Positions 34,601-44,296 of a stretch of 64,000 nucleotides of DNA are shown piece after piece. Below the pieces are notes generated by a model. That model saw only the letters and a program-made list of their open reading frames with translations. It was not told the DNA's origin and did no database searches. The translations under genes and the position numbers were made by a program. This stretch comes from Phoronis australis (lineage: Eukaryota; Animalia; Phoronida): positions 10,541 to 74,540 of the forward strand of contig NMRA01000416.1 in NCBI GenBank assembly GCA_002633005.1, read 5' to 3'. Each line of letters starts with the position of its first letter. Position 1 is the stretch's first letter.

Positions 34601-37600
34601 CATCACAATAGTCGAAGTCATTGGAAAATCTTCAGCAGTCCTCTTCATAGTAGGAACATACATGCCAATTTTCACAATCATCCTTAGAGTGGTGTGGTTG
34701 GGCGGACACCAAAAAACAGACTCGAAAACAGTAAAATTGGCCACTATGTCGCGCAAAATACCTCGAATCCATCCGAAAACGTGAGATGCCTATCTGCCAA
34801 ACTTTATGAAAATCCGCTGAGGACCTTGTTTGAGGTAAACCTAAAAAACTAAAATTGCCACAAGGGGGCACACTGGTAGTCCGATCTGTTTGAAATATCG
34901 CTCATGCCATACCATCCAGGAAAGGAACACACTGTGCAAAATTTCATCACCGGTAGATTTTGGAGATATAGCGGACGTCAGAGAGACAGGCATGACGACA
35001 TGTGGGTGCATAAAAATGTGTAGGTATTCTAGAATTCTTAGGTCTCTTTACCCAAAGAGCTAGAAGCCTTTTTTGGTCATACCTTGCTGACTTATTCTGA
35101 GATTTAAAACGGTAGAAGTTAAATAGGTTTTGAAGTTATGATTTTTAATGAAACAGCCCTAATGTTTTTTGGCCTTACCTTTCATCTTCCCACAAGCCAG
35201 TAGGGGGTGTTGGCCGCCAATGGCTTCACATGTCCACTTCACCAAGTTTTTGCAGAACACTTGAATATCTTGCAGGAGTCTAAAATATTGATTCATTAAA
35301 ACATCAATGCTAAATGCGTTTGATACCACACCCTGAATACAAAGCATTTACATGCATGTGCACAGTGCAACAAACTCCCACCTGCCTTCTAGTTCATAGA
35401 CAGAAGAAAATAAGGATTTTGAAAATGGTGGAAAAGATTTTACTGGAAAAATGCCGCACAGTAACAGGCCCAACGAGAGGCACTTGACCCTGTAGCTGGG
35501 TTGAAGCTCCATGGCTGAAAAAAACGCCAGCAGCCGTAGATGGCCCAACAAAGTACCCGCCTCTTGGTTCTGCATTTACTTCCACAGAGGAAACATAATG
35601 TCCTACTGTCTATTGAACAGAATCTGTGTATTAGACACATAATAGACACACTTAGTTACACTGGGGAGTAACAGTAGACTATACTAACAATGACAACCTG
35701 TGGTGTGGTAGTTACCTATTGAGTAACTGTGTCTAAGTATCATTACTTCTTGTTTGGCCTAGCAAGATGGCCACTGTTTTTGCTTCCGAGGATGGTGTTT
35801 TAATAAATGAAGAAACACGTTCAGCCAATTTAAATCCATCATTGTTTTTATAAAATAATGTTGCAACTTGCTATCATGGAGATCTTTTGGAAATCTCATC
35901 AGAGATCTAGCAAGGAAATATGGATCTGTCAAAGTCATTTATCACTCAATGGAAGTGAATGAGCAACAAGATGCAAGCATTTTGTCAGGTAATTTAATTC
36001 ATTTTCTATTGTTCCTAAGATAATACACATTCACCTTGGGTACAGTAATTAATACAAAAAATGTCTTTACAGGATAACCAGGATCTAAATTACAAAAGGC
36101 AGCATCAAAAATGGTAGCTTTCCCCTTTACAACAAGTGGAAGTGACGGCGATGATGAAGGTGACAATACTCACAGCACAGGCAAAGTCTGTACAATACTT
36201 GGCACCAACACATTCTCCACGACGGAGTACAGCACAGAGTCACAGAGTGCGATCAGCTCGCAGGTGTACTTATGCTTCATACTACTGACGATGTGTGGGG
36301 GAACAGACTTCCAGAAGTTCAGTAACATGGAGTGTACCTGGACAAAGTAGAGTGCTGGGACTTACCAGTTATTGCAGGCACATGACAGTCATGCCCATAA
36401 CCATCATGAATATTTGCTTTTAAAAGTCACATTTTCCTTACTTTTGTCAATTACATTGAATGAGTATTTGACATTGCATGACACCTTATTATTATTTCAA
36501 ATAATAACCATACTGACAACTGATATGTTTGAAACAATACAAATGAAAATACTCATCAATGTTTTATCTTTCTACATGTAATTAAAAAAGTGACCACCAG
36601 AACAAGGATTGCAGTCCATCATCATTTCCAACAAGTTCACAAATCATAGAGCAAATTTTGCGAAATTGATTAATTGTGTTAGGTCAATTAAAATTGACCT
36701 AACTAATTAAAATTGACCTAACACAATCAACATGGAATTTATTCAATTAGCCATGTTACACAGCAAGATCCATCTCACTGTTTAATGATGTCCACTTTGC
36801 CTTATACTGACCTGCTTGAAGTCTGCCCTTACGAGACACTCAAGGAGTCTCTGACAAAATGACTTGTAGAGCTGCAGCACTACCGCCACCTGTGGAGATT
36901 ATGATATGAGCTATAGAGCACCTTAACTGAACTAAGGACAAAACACACAAAAATTCCAACCAAGGCAGGCGCCTGTATACGAATGTCATGGTCGTGTTCA
37001 ATAACTGTCTAGCAGCAAGAAAATCAAGCCAAAATCACATGGTCTCGTTTAAAATACATGATGAGATCTTGCTTTTCTAAAGCTGAGACACTAGCCTTAT
37101 TGAACTTGACCCACTAGGCCATACATGAAGCTAAGTTGAATGAGATCATGTGCAAAGAATTACAAGTGGCATAATATCCATGCCGTATGCCAAAAACAAA
37201 CAAAATTTTGACTTACGGTGCTTACAAAGAAAAGTTAGACTCAAATTATTCCTCAGTAAAATTCAGGGTGACTCCAGGACTGCAGGTCTGAAATTTTGTA
37301 AGGTGTTAGTTTGGTCTGATGAACTAACGATCAGTCAGTTCTTCTTGAGTCCAGTCATCACTTCTTCACAAAGTAGGTAATAAAACGAGACCAATTTTAC
37401 AACGGTATGACGTAAGTTTCTCTAATAAGTATACTATTAGATTAATGCAGCTTCAAACATTTTCGAAAGAATTGTTTCAACTCCAAACCCACGAGGTTAG
37501 ACACATGCTTATCGCTTTTCTAGCGATTGATTGAATCTACTTTGCAAAGCAGCTGCAGTACACTGTGAAAAAAGTACATGTGAAGTAAGAGATAAAATAC

Positions 37601-40600
37601 ATAATAATTGCTTATGATAGAAAATGCCAACACAAATTATGTAATTTGAAAGTGACTACTCTTTGTGACCTGATAACAAAATCAATTTCAATAAAAATGA
37701 AACAGGCTTTCATTCGACTGTACTTGTACACAAAGTCAGCATTACCACGTCAAGCATCTCAGCTGGACAGTGAACTCCTTGGACACTTGGGAAGCCAGGT
37801 ATAATGATACTTGTATGACCCAGGTGTATATCGCTACCCCCTACACCGTCAGCATCAACTTGGCTCTGAAATGATTGTGGACAAATACAACACGTAGAGT
37901 TCAGTCAAAATTAATGTACCTCATTCAGTTATATCGTGGATAGAAAAAAGAACAAAGTGGAGTGCTAAAATGCGCCCACGACTGCACTGCAAACAGTGTT
38001 GCTTCTAGGAGTGTTTATTTGTATCATAGAAAATTGGCCATTAGATAGCACAGAATACATTGAACCCATCCAAAAATGGTGCAATCGTGAGCATGAGATC
38101 GAAACAGTGAAACGTCAAATTATCGATTAAATTAATGAAATGGTGTGTTCGTAAACACAAGTCACAGAGGTAGTGCGCAGCAACTCAGACGTTATGCATT
38201 CATTCTCAATTGTCGTATCAACACACAACTCCCTTCATTTTCACCAGCATCTTTCTATCCTACGTACACCTTACTAACTCAATATTTCAGTGAATTGAGA
38301 GGACTGAGGGCACCTACGGAACTGCTCTATGCCTGGTGGAAGATTTGATTTGAGTGACAGCACTGTAACCTTTGACCTCGGATAAGTAATAAACAAATTT
38401 TCCCAGAGAATGAAGATAATTTATTAAACATAATGTGAAATGTTGTAAAGACGGCCCATTTTTGAGAATAAGGTTTGAGATATCGGTAACAAGAAAAGAA
38501 TCATCATGGCATTCCGTTATTTAATTCCTGGTATTTCAACTACGGTAAAACTTACTCACTAGTCACTGACGGCCATTTTTCAAATGCATCATGGGGCGGT
38601 TGTCTGCTCAGATACATCTGATGACATCATAGAAAATTTGTTTACTAAGTCTTGTAAATATTATAACAGAAAACAGTTCTTGTCACTGGAGAACACACAC
38701 CATAAATGGAAGCACAATTCCACTACAACTTTCATTGTGGGGCAAGTAAGACTAAACAAGCGCCATATTAATGTAAAAATTGAGTGAGTCCCCATGGAAT
38801 GCATCAAATGAACTCAAAGATTTTTAGCAAATCTTTTGTATACAATATTCTTGTGGCGTACACCGTATTATCACACTACAGTAAATCTCAACACCTAAAA
38901 CACCAGGCCTGTACTCCGGAGAAACAAAAAACCCCGAGAATACAAGATTATACAAGACTTCATGCCATATCCCCACGCATTGAAAGCAAAGCACAAGACC
39001 TGACTGTTTAGCTTTACTCTTGGAATTCTTAAATCTGCAAAGGAACTTAGCCGAGATTTCAATAATGATACCAGATCTTTACCAGCCGACAACAGTCCCA
39101 GAATGCATTTGAAAAACAACTGGTAGCAGCATTGTAGATAAAATCCCCCAAATCCACTGTGATCGCACAACATTACAACAGACTGCAACAACAATACCGC
39201 CACGAGTCAGGATAGTGTTGAACAATGCTAACATAATATACATGTATAACAAAATCTTGAAAGTAACAAAATGAATTAAACAAAAACAGAACACCAATGA
39301 AAACTCAAAATCGTAAGCCAGAGAATTTTAAGAAACTTAATTAACGGTAGATTTTTTCAATGAATGTATTACCATAGTAAAGTTTACATCCAACTTACAA
39401 CAGTGCGACTATGGGAAGCTACCGTGGCAAGGGTATTCAAACTAAAGATACAACATCAAAAGATGACCTGAGGTTCATAGATTCAGACAAGAAGATGCAC
39501 TGTGAGTGTTAAAACGAAGAGCCGAGTCACAATATAGTCAATGGTATACACAGAAAACATCAGCATTTAACACACTTTTATCTTACTGACAGTATGGACT
39601 TTGTCATGCAGTTCAAACATGACATTCCTGTATTTGAATGTCTTGGCCCTCCAGCAAAAACACCGTCTCTTGCACGCTTATTGGCTGCTCAGGTCGTTAT
39701 CAAAATTGTTTGGAGCACTAACTAAAAGAACTAAAAACAGTACAAACGTGGACTTCCGAACGCTTTCCAAACTGTTGAGGTTTGAAATGTGTTAGCATTA
39801 TTTGTTAAAGTCAATTCACGCAACAAGCATTCATATATTTGTGACCTTTCTAAGTGTAAAGGAAAAGAACATTGTTAAAAAATGATGCGGGTGGGTGTTT
39901 GTTTCGTAAAACAACGATGTGCAGGTTTCCAAATAAGCTGGCTGCACACTATTTTCTTTGGCCTTACCCGACTAAACTTTCCTCTATTCCTGCCATGCGG
40001 CAGGTAGAACCTAAATCGTACCTGTTCACCCTCTGAGTCAGACTGAGAATATCACTGTACGGTGACTGGTCCTTCACCTTGATCCCATAGTAGTGATACC
40101 TGACCGGTATAAACCAGAATTAAAACAGTATGCAGCTGGCACCTTGTTCTATGCTACTTCAGAAATGTACGCAACGTGTTACACTCAAAGTGACAAAGAC
40201 ATTCCCTAATCTGTCAGATTATTACAGTAAGCAGAGTGTCTTGAGGAAACCACATTCGTCAAAAGGTCAGTTGCATTCATGAGAAAAAAAAACATTGTTA
40301 CGGAAAATATTTTCATGTTCCATCAAAAGGAGAAACTGGTTAATCTGGATCAGTCATGGTTTTGACAAAGAAGCACACATGTGACAGGCAAAATTTTGAA
40401 AACAAGAAGAAATATTCCAGCAAAACTCTATACTCACTTGGAGTTTCCGCGGTTACCGAGTCTCCTGGTTTTTATTCTTGGAAAGACCATGCGGATCATT
40501 TTGCCAAATCCCGCCGGGTTGGCTGGTTCAAAGTTATAGCGAACACAAAAGTCCAGATAGTGGCTGTATACCACACTCCTAGGTAAGCTGATACCATCAT

Positions 40601-42963
40601 GTTCTTCATACTGACCCTTCAGCCTATAACAACCCAATCTGTTTAGAAACAGCAGGCTGGAAATATTTTCTGGTTAGGTAAGCTACACACTTCTCGACAC
40701 ACAATACCTAAAAATTCTTCAATTTGGGACAAAAATAATTCCTAAAATTGACATATTTTTATTTTTCAGAGGTCTATCACATTGTTGCATACGTTCAAAA
40801 ATTAAATGTTGTTTCGGAATAGCTACGCAATGCAAATTGTACTTAAAGCAAACTAAATTTTCCTGAAAAGTTATTTTTCTTGTGAAAAATTTGACAATAT
40901 AAAATTTCATTGGTCCACCATATTGTGTCCCAAACCGAAGATTTTTTACCATAATCTGCACATAGAAAGTTACGTTTGCTGATTTTCTTTGACTTGAGCA
41001 CTGCCTACAGCGAAATGGAGGCTATTTTGCTAAACTTCCTTCTGGAACAAGCGGCATAGGAATGGATCTGAACAAATTCATTCAGAAATATATTCAGCCA
41101 AAGTTTATAAACTCAATTTTTTATTGATAATCAAAGCTATAAGATGCTGAAGAATATGGATGCTAGCAATTACAGCACATCATTACTATGAAGATGTGCA
41201 CTGCAAATAAACATTTTGATATATTCTGATGTAACATCTTTAAGCATTGTTAGAAGACAGACAACAGATAATCCAAACTACATATCACAGTGGTTTACCA
41301 GGCAGTAAGTGTGTCGCCTTGCCAACAGCCACAAGTGGGCCGGCATGCCAAAAGCTGAGCCACAAGTTTGTCAGCATACCAAGGGCCATGAGAGTGCCGG
41401 CATGCCAACTGCCTTTCCACAAGCATGCCGGCATGCCAAAAGCTTAGCCACAAATGTGCTGGCTTGCCAACATCCACAAGTGAGCCGGCATGCCAACAGC
41501 CTATCCACAAGTGTGTTGGCATGCCAAAGGCCTCGCCACAGGTCAGCATGCCAACAACGTAAACACAAGTTTGCTAGCATGCCAACAACCTAGACAAAAG
41601 TGTGCTGGCATACCATCAGCCTAGCCACAAGTGTGTTAGCATGCTAACAGCCTAGCCACAAGCCTGTCTGCATGCAAGAAGCCAATAGCTCCAAGTGTGC
41701 CGACATGCCAACAGCCTAGTCACCAGTGTTCTGGCATGCCAACAGTCTAGTCAACAGTGCGTCGGCATGCCAACAACCTATCTACAAGTGTGCCAGCAAG
41801 CCAACAGACAATCCACAGGTGTGCACCAAGTACTGAACAGTATACTTACCATTCAGCCGAGGCCGGGGCTTGTATTTGACACGCTGAGAACAAATCTCTC
41901 CCATCGCCACCACGTGACTGTGTTCTACATGCAGTCTGACACTGATAATCTGCCCTCATCTTTAACATCGCCTTGCGAGCCTGCTCAAGTTCTACCATCT
42001 CACTGTCTGAAATAAGTTTGAGGTAACATGATAAATAACACAACAGATTAAATTAATTGCAGGAGGACGGTCTGGTACATGTTGTACCAGACGTGCACAG
42101 GCCGCTCGCATGGGCCCATTGCACTGATCATCTGGTCCAGGAACCATTTTTACGCTTTATAGGTAAAACCGAGTTGAGGAGCTAGAGACCTGACTTAAGG
42201 GTCTAGCAGTGTGCCCAGTGAGACCCGTACAACCTTGAGTAAAGGAAGCGATTTAACATCTATTTCACACATGCCTCCTCAACAAACTACAAAGATACAG
42301 TAAAAAATTTCCTTAAGTTATGAGTAGCAAATCACCTTCAGGTTAGCAGTGCTTGTTCTCATGCAGTCGCTTCAAATGGCGAGATTTTTGACAAAATTCG
42401 GAGCCATGATCAACTCATAACTATCAGAAATAACAATGTTGATAGAAGAGAATTGGAAAAACAAGAAGCAAACCAGCAGTCTGTTTCACGAAAAATGACT
42501 TCAGACCTTCAAGACAGAAACTTGATCTTACGATCCCACTCCACAATTGCGGAATAAAGTTTAGCCAAGTAATTATGAGCGTCTTAGTCGAGAAATAATT
42601 TATAGAAATTACCTCGGTAAGTGCCAGTTATGTGTATAACCTCAAGGATAGCATTTTTATTCAAGTGACATTTAAATACTTCTCAGAAATAGTCATGTGC
42701 AGCCTAAGACTAGTTCCTGACTTTTGTCTTAAGTCACCTTTCATGAAACAGATCCCTAAAGTAACACAACGTGAATTAAGAAATGCACACTAAGCTATAC
42801 CTATCTGAATACCGATTGGTTCCATAAGTGCTGCATTGAGAGTTATCTCCCCTGACAGTTTGGAAGGAAGATGCAACACACCGTACTTCTGGACACTGTC
42901 CAATAACTGACCAGAGTTGACCATTCTGGTTCCACATGTTGCAGAAACTTTATTCATTTCCAT
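16371..42963 (-). CDS. RFX4: RFX-family winged-helix transcription factor, RFX4/RFX6-like, 14 coding exons, about 605 aa
   Basis: Exons joined by hand at GT-AG sites with matching phases: 42912-42963, 41850-42006, 40438-40623, 40022-40099, 39591-39627, 37746-37865, 36812-36889, 36174-36337, 35179-35279, 31696-31899, 31192-31286, 29804-29921, 18869-18973, 16371-16693. The total is 1818 nt and open throughout. It contains the RFX DBD ([27 protein letters not shown]...[30 protein letters not shown]) and the dimerisation motif (QDFMLKW...ILKELYLEGAVSYGSFHLVH). The family is certain; the paralog name is tentative. Confidence 0.88.
16845..18770. repeat. Direct plus inverted repeat complex in the last RFX intron
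   Basis: A ~290-bp block at 16845-17135 is repeated directly at 17712-18010. Region ~17460-18010 is repeated inverted at ~18260-18770. Confidence 0.85.
18869..18973 (-). CDS. RFX coding exon 13 (SFHLVHQTLRDYMTLQVQKHE...)
   Basis: The G-SFHL motif continues exon 12 across a 10.8-kb phase-1 intron; ttaaag acceptor and GTAAGT donor. Confidence 0.9.
20606..20907. mobile_element. PIF/Harbinger (Tourist-like) MITE, also present in units 2 and 3 of the array
   Basis: TAA|GGCCAAAAA ... TTTTTGGCC|TTA termini with TWA flanks; homologous copies near 23315-23610 and 25871-26167. Confidence 0.6.
21692..21940 (+). CDS. Intronless 82-aa unknown protein, copy 1 (nested antisense in RFX intron 12)
   Basis: The ORF is intact in three copies. 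TATATAAA at 21627, AATCATG start context, ATTAAA at 21972. Versus copy 2 I counted 10 synonymous and 7 non-synonymous differences. Confidence 0.75.
   Translation: MKVSNKKHCRQNRNINKSYGRLKALNIHLRDVMLRYRDAHKVGNVLRQVQLIAHASQVKEECDRMATEVNEVQGHGILWDET
23727..24270 (+). promoter_or_regulatory. Putative promoter of the 82-aa gene (copy 2): TATA box plus TGACA/TGTCA cluster
   Basis: TATATAAA at 24206-24213 and 13 TGACA/TGTCA pentamers in about 530 bp. Equivalent regions lie in front of copies 1 and 3. Confidence 0.6.
24271..24519 (+). CDS. Intronless 82-aa unknown protein, copy 2
   Basis: Same layout: TATATAAA at 24206, ATTAAA at 24551, no indels in the ORF. Confidence 0.75.
   Translation: MKVSNKKHCRQNRNINKSYGRLKALNIHLRDVRVRYRDAHKVGNVLRQVQLIAHASKVEQERDRMATEVNEVQGHGISWDET
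26825..27073 (+). CDS. Intronless 82-aa unknown protein, copy 3
   Basis: Same layout: TATATAAA at 26760, ATTAAA at 27105, no indels in the ORF. Confidence 0.75.
   Translation: MKVSNKKHCRQNRNINKSYGRLKALNIHLRDVMVRYRDAHKVGNVLRQVQLIAHASQVKEERDRMATEVNEVQGHGISWDET
27962..29513 (+). mobile_element. Kolobok-type non-autonomous element with decayed THAP (copy A)
   Basis: CTAA|AGGAGAATGCCACC ... GGTGGCATTCTCC|TTAA; colinear with 44297-46005; retains RVCGRHF. Confidence 0.85.
29804..29921 (-). CDS. RFX coding exon 12 (VASKSTFCFSRIGQDFMLKWNLTAHCILKELYLEGAVSY)
   Basis: Compare 'QFLLKWS...VIRDLTL.SA.SFG'; aag acceptor and GTAGGT donor. Confidence 0.88.
30625..31134. mobile_element. hAT-like MITE with 6-bp TSD
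   Basis: 13-bp TIR CAGGGCTTGGAAT; AGTTAT duplicated at 30619-30624 and 31135-31140. Confidence 0.85.
31192..31286 (-). CDS. RFX coding exon 11 (LQEFGNMLEQLVTMEKYFVWIRSLVDRFVKK)
   Basis: Compare RFX4 'YQEFDHLLEEQ...WLDTMVDRCVVK'; tag acceptor and GTAATG donor. Confidence 0.88.
31696..31899 (-). CDS. RFX coding exon 10, dimerisation domain (VKSFCGILQKKAELNH...MRVDWLKLDFNAVVSQ)
   Basis: Aligns to the 'F...L.R.TSLNHL...M..DW..VD' pattern; tttcag acceptor and GTAAGC donor. Confidence 0.88.
32845..35016 (-). repeat. Helentron-associated (HINE-like) element carrying a higher-order satellite (~451-bp unit made of three ~150-bp subunits)
   Basis: Unit starts at 32881, 33331, 33782 and 34234. (GGAC)n microsatellite at ~34365-34382, and a hairpin ATGCGTCCACATAT...ATATGTGGGCGCAT followed by an A-run at ~34397-34431. 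A second end lies near 35016. An inverted fragment occurs at ~62560-62720. Confidence 0.8.
35179..35279 (-). CDS. RFX coding exon 9 (LLQDIQVFCKNLVKWTCEAI...)
   Basis: Matches the C-domain 'I-R-x-F-A-K-x-L-x-x-W' pattern; tttag acceptor and GTAAGG donor. Confidence 0.88.
36174..36337 (-). CDS. RFX coding exon 8, B/C domains (VHSMLLNFWKSVPPH...CDSVLYSVVENVLVP)
   Basis: LL-x-FW...PPH and CDS-x-LY...VL-x-P motifs of RFX4/6; cag acceptor and GTGAGT donor. Confidence 0.93.
36812..36889 (-). CDS. RFX coding exon 7, B domain (VAVVLQLYKSFCQRLLECLVRADFKQ)
   Basis: Matches the RFX B-domain pattern Y-x-x-H/F-C-Q-R-I/L-L; cag acceptor and GTCAGT donor. Confidence 0.9.
37746..37865 (-). CDS. RFX coding exon 6 (...TSIIIPGFPSVQGVHCPAEMLDV)
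   Basis: Resembles the RFX4/6 'TLLPEFP' segment; tttcag acceptor, GTAATG donor, 120 nt. Confidence 0.8.
39591..39627 (-). CDS. RFX probable micro-exon 5 (NVMFELHDKVHT)
   Basis: A phase-2 to phase-0 exon is needed between exons 4 and 6. This 37-nt segment has a tacag acceptor and a GTCAGT donor and fits. There is no homology support. Confidence 0.5.
40022..40099 (-). CDS. RFX coding exon 4 (YHYYGIKVKDQSPY...); alternative in-frame donor at 39968
   Basis: The YHYYGI motif completes the DBD. cag acceptor, with two phase-2 donors 54 nt apart (GTACGA and GTAAGG). Confidence 0.9.
40438..40623 (-). CDS. RFX coding exon 3, core RFX DNA-binding domain
   Basis: Translates as [62 protein letters not shown]; tag acceptor and GTGAGT donor. 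Confidence 0.97.
41305..41825 (+). repeat. ~30-bp minisatellite in RFX intron 2
   Basis: About 17 degenerate copies of ACAAGTGTGCCGGCATGCCAACAGCCTAGCC. Confidence 0.9.
41850..42006 (-). CDS. RFX coding exon 2 (..SEMVELEQARK...QAPASAEW)
   Basis: tttcag acceptor and GTAAGT donor. It ends in TG, completing the conserved W at the start of the DBD (PASAEW/LKGQY, compare PATLQWLEENY). Confidence 0.8.
42912..42963 (-). CDS. RFX coding exon 1 (MEMNKVSATCGTRMVNS)
   Basis: Poly-T acceptor ending at 42970, GCCATGG start context, and a phase-1 GTCAGT donor compatible with the next exon. An upstream non-coding exon is implied. Confidence 0.6.
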
Positions 42964-44296
42964 GGCTACCTAAGAAAAAAAAAGCCAATGCTGTACATCT
43001 ACAATTAAGCAATAGTTCCTTACAATTAGGGTCCCAGATTTTAAATTGGGACCAGTTTGGTGCCTGATATTTAGTAGAGAAAACCAGTTCTCAAAATACG
43101 GGATCTACAAGTGGCAGCTGACGAGGTTACGTATTTTCTTCCTAAATGTATTCAAACATGGTGTTGGCATTTTACATCTACATAGACAGAACATCAGAGC
43201 AGTCATTAACTTAATTCTTATTTTCACTTTTCTTTTCCTCTTGTCTGTAGCAATCTTTGTGATACATAATGTTACTTTTTATAATACTGCCATTCTCATT
43301 ACTGGGTTTTTGCTTCTTTTAACTTTTTGTTATTTAAATAGTGCTGTTGTTTTACATTACTTGTTATTTGTTATTCTGAAATTGTACTGTCAGAGTCATC
43401 CAACTGGTCACGCGTTCTACTCTGAGTCTCATGCTTCTTATGGCAAACACAAATGACGTCAACTGAAATACCGGTACTTTGTCCACGGTCATAGTACGCC
43501 CTGAAAAAGTTAATAGTGACCACAAAAGCAGACTTGGAATTCTTCGCAAAAGTCCTCTAATTCCCAAAGACATATATCGAGGAATGAATAGAACCAAAAA
43601 TGGTTGCTGAAGAAAGCATTTTTTATGTGACAATTTTAAGTGTAAAATGTATTTTAACGAGGTGAAAGCCTCACATTCAGTATTGGCATTATCCTGTAAG
43701 TTAATTAGCTCTTAATATACATGGAGATTTACAAACGCTGGTCAGAGTTAACAATATCACGTGGATTCTTTTAATATACAACTAAGCTATATTGAAACAA
43801 GTAAACAACACACAGTGACTTAACCCTAACTGGTACGAAAAAAGAAGCAAGTAGACATGAGTATTAAAATAAAGTAATGAAAACAGGTATTTAAAACCAA
43901 CATTCCTTTGGGAAGTGGCCCTTTGTCAATATCAACGCAAATTTACTTATTCGTCTTTTTGTATTATTTAATGATGAACCAAGTTAAAACTGCTCTCCAC
44001 ATTGCAGACATTAACTCTTTGTAAATGCCAGAGAAAAACAATTTGGGTGTAATAACAATCACCATTGTTAAGAATGTAGTGCTAGCTATTACCTTCCACT
44101 TCATTAGCTCAGATCTACATCAATACAAAGGGCTTGCTGATCAGTATCATAAAAGTTGTCTGGGGCTTAGGGAATCAGAGCGGTGACCAGTGTAAGCGAG
44201 AAATTCTCCACATGTAAAAAGTGGTAAGATAAAACCTGACACAAAATTAGTGTCATTAAAAACTACAGTCTTCCTTCAGTAAATTTAACTATTTAA

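Noticed and set aside
32835-34871. Several 74-172-aa ORFs
   Set aside because: They lie within the satellite/HINE array and are repeat-derived frames.
41305-41825. CRISPR-like periodicity
   Set aside because: The units are contiguous and degenerate with no unique spacers, there are no cas genes, and the context is eukaryotic.
41247-42015. Cys/His-rich repetitive ORFs on both strands
   Set aside because: They are products of a 30-bp minisatellite inside an intron.
43046-43456. 136-aa hydrophobic ORF
   Set aside because: It has a non-ATG start, and T-rich low-complexity intronic DNA explains the hydrophobicity.
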